A DNA stretch of 64,000 nt from Naegleria gruberi (lineage: Eukaryota), in assembly GCA_000004985.1 (NCBI GenBank), contig GG738870.1; one strand, given 5' to 3'. The position numbers and the translations under genes were made by a program. The notes under the pieces were generated by a model that worked only from the letters and a program-made list of their open reading frames with translations, was not told the origin of the DNA and did not search any database. Of the stretch, positions 57,887 to 64,000 are shown in pieces. Every line of letters begins with the position of its first letter. Within the stretch, counting starts at the first letter, position 1.

Positions 57887-59265
57887 TTATTTCTTTCTGT
57901 AGAGAGTCTTATTAACAGCAGAAATGATAACATCAGCATTTGGCCAACAAGCTTGTTCAATATTTTCAGCATATGGCACTGGAACATCAACACCAGTACA
58001 TCTGTAAGCTGGAGCATCCAAATAGTCAAAGGCTTCTGATTCCATAACTTGGGCAATGATTTCAGCACCAATACCACAAGTTGGCCAACCTTCTTCAACA
58101 GTAACTAATCTGTTAGTCTTCTTAATAGAAGCAATGATTGGAACCATATCCATTGGACGAATAGTACGCAAATTAATAATTTCAGCACTAATTCCATTTT
58201 GAGCGAGCTTATCAGCAGCAGCAAAGATGTGATTCATGGCACGACCATAACCAACGAGGGTAATGTCCTTACCTTCACGTTCAACCTTTGATTTACCAAT
58301 TTCAATAACAAAGTCCTTATCATTATAAATACTATCAGAGAGTTCAAAAGTTTGACCATACAAAGATTCACTTTCCAAAACAACAACTGGGTTATCATCA
58401 CGAATAGCAGCCTTCATCAAACCCTTATAATCTTCAGCACTCCATGGACAGACAACCTTCAAACCTGGACAGTTGGCATACCAAGCAGCATAATCTTGAG
58501 AGTGTTGAGCAGAGACAGCAGGTGGAGCACCGTTTGGACCACGGAAAACAATTGGACAACTGATTTGACCAGCACTCATATAACGACCCTTAGCAGCACT
58601 GTTAATAATTTGATCGATAGCTTGCATAGCAAAGTTGAATGTCATGAATTCACAAACTGGTCTCAAACCACCCATAGCAGCACCAACAGCAATACCAGCA
58701 AAACCCATTTCGGTAATTGGAGTATCAATGACTCTATGAGCACCATACTTGTCATAGAGACCCTTTGTAATTTTATAAGCACCATTGTATTGAGCAACTT
58801 CTTCACCCAAAATGAAAACTTTTTCATCACGGGCCAATTCTTCATCTAAAGCCTTGTTGGCAGCATCTCTGTTGGTAATCTATTATTGTTGAATAAATGT
58901 AATTATAATTAATATATATTTAGTATTATTGTTGTGTTTGCATTATCATTTGTTGTTGTTAATCCAATCAAAATGGTTAATAAACATTCCATCGATAAAG
59001 TAAATTTCATAAACATCCAAAGAATACAAAGATCATCATTATCCACATCATATATTGTAGCACAAGTAAATATTAAAACAATCGGGTCGTAATCATTCAT
59101 ACATGAAAAAAACAAAAATACAAATTTACAGTAAATTAATTCATCCAATGAAGATATACATACAGCAATTTGAGTAGTATTATTCTTTGTTGAGAAGTTT
59201 CTAGCAGCGTTAACAATGCTAGCTGATTTATTATTCTTGCGCAAGAGGGTTGAAAAGGCTTTCAT
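57887..59265 (-). CDS. PDB1: Pyruvate dehydrogenase E1 component beta subunit, mitochondrial; 2 exons (~59265-59164, 58877-57887) with a 286-nt intron
   Basis: Exon 1 [34 protein letters not shown] is a presequence. Exon 2 [46 protein letters not shown]... is collinear with PDHB. Strongly biased codons (GGT, GCT, GTT). Confidence 0.9.
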
Positions 59266-60247
59266 TTTTTTAGTGTCGATTTTTGGTCATCTCCGTTGTC
59301 CTTCATTTGAAGCAAAACAAAAAAGCCTCTCATCCATTAAAAAGTACTCTAGAACTCTCTAGATTGCATTCTCTCAATATTTTGCTAGAGGCTTGGGTAA
59401 TATATTGTTGTTGGAAAAGATAACAAATGATACTACTTTTTGCTTGCAATATTTTGAAAGAAACACTAGGATGATTTTATTGAACAAGCAAAAAATCGTA
59501 TTGTAAAGTTCGGTTCAGTTTCAACACGTCAATCATAGAATGCAGAATCCTCTGGCAAGTATATTGTTTGCAAATTCAATATTAAAAAACACACAATATT
59601 CATCAGCTAGGCAATTCAAACAATTCAATGCAAGCTATTACTTGATATTGTTGTTTTTCAATCTTCAACATTTTCATTTTTGGTATAATTCACATAAATG
59701 TACATGTTGATATTTTTGAACAATTTTCAAAATATTTGAAAAAATTCATTTCATGATTTTTAAGAGTCACCACCCACTGGATCAAAAACGGTACGTTCCT
59801 CTCTAAGATGATCAAAAATTGTATATTGATTTTTACAAGGTCCCAAGTTGGACCATTATCACGAGTAAGCAGCAGAGAATCAACTCAGGTCTGATCTGTG
59901 GAACGACCAGTTTTTTTCCTTTTCATATTTTTTGTGAAGGTTTTTGGGCTCTTTGTGATTTCGTTTTTTATTCTTGTTTTTGAAAAAAATTTGCATCATT
60001 TGATAATTGCTACTACTCGTATCATCATCATCGCTGTGTTGTAGGGAGAGGAGAGGTTTACACAAATAGTTCTATTGTTGTTTTTCTTGTTGTGGATTTT
60101 GCAAGACTCTCTCAATTATATATAATTTATATATTCATCAGTGTAGTAAAATATATCATCCGATAATAATAGAAAATTGGTGGTGTGATTTTGTGGATAA
60201 AATTACTTTAAACAAGTAGTAACAAATATAAGCAATAGACCAAAAAA

Positions 60248-61183
60248 ATGATTGATGAATCTTCAAGTACAATAACATCATCGTTATCTGATAGCAAGGA
60301 GGATGCTAATGGGTTGATTTCATGTTCTTGTTCATCAAAAACAACAAGATATCGTTTTCTTGCATCAGTATATGGATTTTCTAAAATACAATACTATGAT
60401 TATTCGGATCTTTCAAAATTACGAGAGGACGAATTAAACCTTGGAGAAGATTTTTACTTTTATACTAATTATTATTTAGGAGTTTCCGATGGTGTAGGTG
60501 GTTGGTCATCATATGGAGTTGATTCATCTAAAGTGAGCAGAGATATAATGAATAATTGTAAATATTATGCAAGTGAGGAAGAAAAATGTTTAATTAATTC
60601 TCACAATGGAACAGTATTGAAACCAAATGAAATTTTAACAATGGCATATGACAAAGAATTAGAATATTATAATCAATTGAATATTGATAAACCTCTTGGT
60701 AGTACGACGGCATGCGTGCTACACCTTGATAGTTTAACCTGTTCTCTAAGTTATACCAATATTGGAGATAGTGGTTTTATGATTTTAAGAAAATCTGAAA
60801 TAGAAAATCAACAACAGACATTATTTGTTGCTAAGGATCGTTCACGTATTATTAATGGTTTAGGTAAAGCACCATATCAATTAAGCTTTTTACCTCCAAG
60901 AATGATTGAAACAAAAGAATATTTTCATGATAGCCCTTCAGATGCTGTGACAGAAACTAATATTATAACTCTCAAAGAAGAAGATATTATTATAATGGGA
61001 AGTGATGGACTTTTCGATAATATCAAAACTGATTATGTGGCAGAATATGTGAATGAAATATTTCCAAATGGTAGCATAGATGATGTTCCAAAGTTAGCGA
61101 GGGAGCTTGCAGAAATTGCAAGAAACCAACACCGAAAAATAGATGACATAGTTTGTCTTTGTGCAAAAGTTGTAAAACATTAA
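60248..61183 (+). CDS. PP2C-type protein phosphatase of the PTC7/PPTC7 (SpoIIE-like) family, 311 aa
   Basis: GVSDGVGGW, TTACVLHLD, NIGDSGFMILR, IIIMGSDGLFDNI in the order typical of PTC7. Confidence 0.75.
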   Translation: MIDESSSTITSSLSDSKEDANGLISCSCSSKTTRYRFLASVYGFSKIQYYDYSDLSKLREDELNLGEDFYFYTNYYLGVSDGVGGWSSYGVDSSKVSRDIMNNCKYYASEEEKCLINSHNGTVLKPNEILTMAYDKELEYYNQLNIDKPLGSTTACVLHLDSLTCSLSYTNIGDSGFMILRKSEIENQQQTLFVAKDRSRIINGLGKAPYQLSFLPPRMIETKEYFHDSPSDAVTETNIITLKEEDIIIMGSDGLFDNIKTDYVAEYVNEIFPNGSIDDVPKLARELAEIARNQHRKIDDIVCLCAKVVKH

Positions 61184-61224
61184 ACAATTTAAAAAAGTTT
61201 TCTCCATTCAAGATTTATTTTTCC

Positions 61225-64000
61225 TTAAACGAATGAATCTTCCCCTAAGAATAATCCATCCATCTCAGATTGATCTTGTTGTTGAGAAGAAGATCCCATT
61301 TGATTAATGATTGGTTGTTGAGGATTTTGCATGGCAACAGTTTGTTGCATGAGAGGATTAAATGTTTGGAATTGTTGTGGTTGTGGTTGTGGTTGTGGTT
61401 GTTGTGGTTGCTGTGGTTGAGCAGCAGTATTTTGTTGGAGAAGTTGAAGAAGTAATGAGCTTTGATTTTGGGATTGAATTTGCATTTGAGGAGGATTAAG
61501 AATGGTAGGTTGGTTAATGGTTGGATTAATTACTGTTGGTGCATTATTTACAGTGTTTTCTGGTGGCTTATTCAATATTATCTTATTAAGATTTGTCATT
61601 CCTTGTGGATTTTGAGGTAGTTGTTGTTGTGGATTCTGTAATTGTTGACTTTGTAATTGTTGTTTACGATACTCGTTCATTTGTGCCAACACGTTCAATT
61701 GTCCTGGTGTTAAAGATGAAAGATTTTGAACGTTTCCAACGTTTGAAATATTCGACATATTTTGAACTCCAGCAATATTTTGTTGTTGCATATTTGCTTG
61801 TTGTTGAGCTTGTTGTTGCTGAACAGCTCTCATTTGGAGAGCTTGAAGGATTTGTTGTTGCTGGGAAGGGTTATTCTGGAGAGCAAGCAAAACTTGGTTA
61901 CGTAAGGCAGGGTTTTGTGCTAATTGCTGTTGAAGAGCATTTCTAGACATTTGTTGCTGTTGTTGGATCATTTGATTTCTAAGCATATTTGAGCTTTGGG
62001 CATCTCTCAAATTATTTTGAATTGTTGAACCTGTCATAATGACTGTTTGAGGCTTATTAACTCTTTGTTGCATAATATTCCTATTTTGTTGCATTTGCTG
62101 CATAACATTACCAGATCTATTCAAAGGATTAAAATTCACACCACTAACATTAGTGAACGAATTTTGTTGAACATTTCTTTTTGTGGGATCAGCCTTGAAT
62201 TGAGTAAAATCGACTTTTTTGGAATTTCCTTTCTTTGATGCTTTCGATTTCTTTTCTTCATATTCTTCTTCCTCCTCTTCTTCTTCTTCCTCTTCAGAAT
62301 AAAAGTCTTCATCATCATCTTCATCTTCATCTAGAACAAATTCAGCATCCTTATCAGCCTTCTTATCTTCATCTTCTGCTTCCTTGTAAGATTTCCTCTT
62401 TCTTGGTCTAAGACTTCTTTTAGACTCATCTAATTCGTCTTCATCCACAAGGGAAGTAAAATCTTTCCTAATAGATCTTCCACTTCTTGAGACAGTTTGA
62501 TTATTTTCACTTGATGCGGCTGGTTCTGCTTGTTCAGTTTCAGCAGGTTCAGGCTCTTTGAATTCTTTAACTTCACTCTCATTTTGCTTCTCTATTTCTT
62601 CTTCTCTCTCTTTTGCAACTATAGTGAGATGTTCTTCTCTGGATTTTCTCTTTTCTTCAACACTTAATGGTTCTTGCTCAGGTTCAGGTTCAGGCAACTC
62701 GTTAACTATTGCTTCCAGAGAGGATATTAAAAGAGGTACAGATTTGGCTTCTTCACTATTCTCTTCGAGTTCCTCACTAATCTTTTTGAGCTCCTCAATA
62801 AAATCTTCAAACTCTTTTTTAGTGGAACATTTAATTTCCCAACGAGGTTTTGTTTCTGAATACAGTGATGCAGGTAATTCTGCAAAAAGCTTACCAATAC
62901 TGTCGTAGTACCAATATTTAATACCATCCTGGTCCGATCCAATAGGATCAACAAGCATTGTGATGCCATATTTGCTTCTAGAATAGTCATAAACTCTTTG
63001 ATTTGTTTCAAATTTCCATTCCATGAGAGCTTTGATTATTATCAGTCTCCATGCTGGTGTTAAATCATAGTACTCGTATAAAATGAGAGGATTGACTTTC
63101 CATAACCAATAAATTGGAGGGAGTGAATCTAACTTATTTTTCAGAACAGTCTTCCACTTATCACATTTTGGATCCAAACTTACGAGAGTTTTTCTATCTA
63201 TGGCAGGTCCTTTAACTAACCTTATAAATATATCTGCCAGTAAGCCATTACACTCTCGAGGATTAATTAGAGAATCTTCAAACTCATCAAAATCGAACTC
63301 TGTAATTTTAAGTATTGGCCTTAAAAGTTGAAAACCAACAAAAACATATGGTAATTCCCACATTGATCTTAAAATTTCCAAACTCGTTCTCTTTTCTTCC
63401 TTTTCATATTCTTCAACAATTTTCTTTTCTTCCTTTGCCTTTTTAGCTCTTTCTTTGCGTTCATTATCTATTGGTTGAGCGAGTTCCAATTCTACCTTTT
63501 GTGGAAGTTTGATTTGTTTTTCCTTGTAAATTTCTTGAACTTCTTCTATGGTATACATGTTAAATTTCAAATAAATTTTTTCATTATGACCACCATAGGC
63601 TGAAATATTTTCAGTATAGTTAGTAAATTGATATTCTCGCAGTGTAGGTAATGGTTCTCTATACATCTTATAGACCGGTTCAGAGAGACGATCATCATTC
63701 TCAAAGTAAATTGGATCACAGAAATCAACGGTTGGTTCCTTTTCTTCCATTTCTTCATCTATTATTTCTTCCTCAATTTCTTCTTTTTTAACCTTTTTCT
63801 TTTTCTTTATAGGTTCTTCCTCTAGTTCCTCTTCAAGAGCATCGTCTACAATTTCCTTTTTGACAGATCTTTTTCTCTTAGGTGTCTCTGTCTCTTTTAC
63901 TTCCTTCTTTTTTCTTCCTCTTTTTGGTGTAACTGTTTCAGTTGCTTCTGTAGTTTCAACCTCGTCATTATTTGAAAACTTCTTTTTGTAATTTACACAT
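61225..64000 (-). CDS. DDT-domain chromatin protein (Itc1/Ioc3/ACF1-like) with acidic and Gln/Pro-rich C-terminal regions; 5' end lies beyond the right edge
   Basis: SLEILRSMWELPYVFVGFQLLRPILKITEFDFDEFEDSLINPRECNGLLADIFIRLVKG fits the DDT domain. Downstream WHIM-like LDSLPPIYWLW and LTPAWRLIIIKALMEW. The C-terminal QPQQPQPQPQPQQ run is encoded by a (tggttg)n repeat. The frame stays open through 63751-64000. Confidence 0.55.
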   Translation of the reverse strand, partial: CVNYKKKFSNNDEVETTEATETVTPKRGRKKKEVKETETPKRKRSVKKEIVDDALEEELEEEPIKKKKKVKKEEIEEEIIDEEMEEKEPTVDFCDPIYFENDDRLSEPVYKMYREPLPTLREYQFTNYTENISAYGGHNEKIYLKFNMYTIEEVQEIYKEKQIKLPQKVELELAQPIDNERKERAKKAKEEKKIVEEYEKEEKRTSLEILRSMWELPYVFVGFQLLRPILKITEFDFDEFEDSLINPRECNGLLADIFIRLVKGPAIDRKTLVSLDPKCDKWKTVLKNKLDSLPPIYWLWKVNPLILYEYYDLTPAWRLIIIKALMEWKFETNQRVYDYSRSKYGITMLVDPIGSDQDGIKYWYYDSIGKLFAELPASLYSETKPRWEIKCSTKKEFEDFIEELKKISEELEENSEEAKSVPLLISSLEAIVNELPEPEPEQEPLSVEEKRKSREEHLTIVAKEREEEIEKQNESEVKEFKEPEPAETEQAEPAASSENNQTVSRSGRSIRKDFTSLVDEDELDESKRSLRPRKRKSYKEAEDEDKKADKDAEFVLDEDEDDDEDFYSEEEEEEEEEEEYEEKKSKASKKGNSKKVDFTQFKADPTKRNVQQNSFTNVSGVNFNPLNRSGNVMQQMQQNRNIMQQRVNKPQTVIMTGSTIQNNLRDAQSSNMLRNQMIQQQQQMSRNALQQQLAQNPALRNQVLLALQNNPSQQQQILQALQMRAVQQQQAQQQANMQQQNIAGVQNMSNISNVGNVQNLSSLTPGQLNVLAQMNEYRKQQLQSQQLQNPQQQLPQNPQGMTNLNKIILNKPPENTVNNAPTVINPTINQPTILNPPQMQIQSQNQSSLLLQLLQQNTAAQPQQPQQPQPQPQPQQFQTFNPLMQQTVAMQNPQQPIINQMGSSSQQQDQSEMDGLFLGEDSFV

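Noticed and set aside
58909-59265. 118-aa ORF (58909-59265) reading from the PDHB start codon through its first intron
   Set aside because: Only the first 34 codons (the presequence) are exon. The rest is the 286-nt intron, because the PDHB mature sequence resumes in frame only after the ...caataatag acceptor at 58878.
57887-59265. Assignment to an anaerobic gut fungus (Neocallimastigomycota), suggested by the extremely AT-rich intergenic DNA
   Set aside because: PDH E1-beta with a mitochondrial presequence is present, but from memory those hydrogenosome-bearing fungi lack a PDH complex. Coding GC and gene density are also higher than I would expect for that group. The taxonomic call is left open.

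Overview
This window is gene-dense eukaryotic nuclear DNA. It is AT-rich: intergenic DNA is close to pure A/T, and coding regions are moderately GC with yeast-like preferred codons (AGA, TTG, GGT, CCA, AAG) in the highly expressed genes. It is not prokaryotic: there is no CRISPR array, no rRNA and no operon structure.

About 40 protein-coding genes lie on both strands, roughly one per 1.6 kb. Most are interrupted by short spliceosomal introns of about 36-150 nt with GTAAGT/GTATGT donors and YAG acceptors. Two introns are much longer (286 nt and ~590 nt). The provided ORF track fragments these multi-exon genes, often begins ORFs at TTG codons rather than the first ATG, and contains many antisense artefact ORFs.

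I rebuilt gene models by hand splicing, so coordinates derived that way are +/-2 nt. Genes recognisable from sequence include:
- ribosomal protein S6
- pyruvate dehydrogenase E1-beta, with a mitochondrial presequence
- an SNF1/AMPK catalytic subunit
- a MAPK-like kinase
- an ER/Golgi alpha-1,2-mannosidase (GH47)
- an aldo-keto reductase
- an ABHD1/3-type alpha/beta hydrolase
- a Zn(2)Cys(6) zinc-cluster transcription factor whose DNA-binding domain is split by an intron
- an inositol-monophosphatase-superfamily phosphatase
- an adenylate-forming acyl-CoA-synthetase-like enzyme
- an HD-domain hydrolase
- a Y-family DNA polymerase most similar to Pol iota
- an actin-family protein
- a Kelch-BTB protein
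- three F-box proteins, one of them a ~4 kb F-box/ankyrin gene
- a CBF/Mak21 (Noc1) homologue
- a PTC7-type PP2C
- a parvulin (PIN4/Par14)
- a PLGRKT/DUF2368-like small membrane protein
- a WD40 protein
- a partial DDT-domain chromatin protein
- a Kazal-domain protein and a secreted ephrin-receptor-like Cys-rich protein
- one tRNA-like Pol III gene

The Zn2Cys6 factor, codon usage and intron style point to a fungal-type (holomycotan) genome, possibly an early-diverging lineage. I cannot name the species.

No single striking novel system is evident. The points worth follow-up are:
- several apparent single-base frameshifts at homopolymers inside otherwise conserved CDSs, suggesting a draft assembly (a 50-N gap is also present)
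- a recurrent GGCGCC palindrome in two divergent promoters
- a tRNA-like gene with an aberrant anticodon arm
- a truncated Nas2/PSMD9 N-domain gene
- an H2A-fold protein with a long N-terminal extension
- a microsatellite-filled long intron
- Kazal, PLGRKT and Pol iota homologues, which are uncommon in fungi
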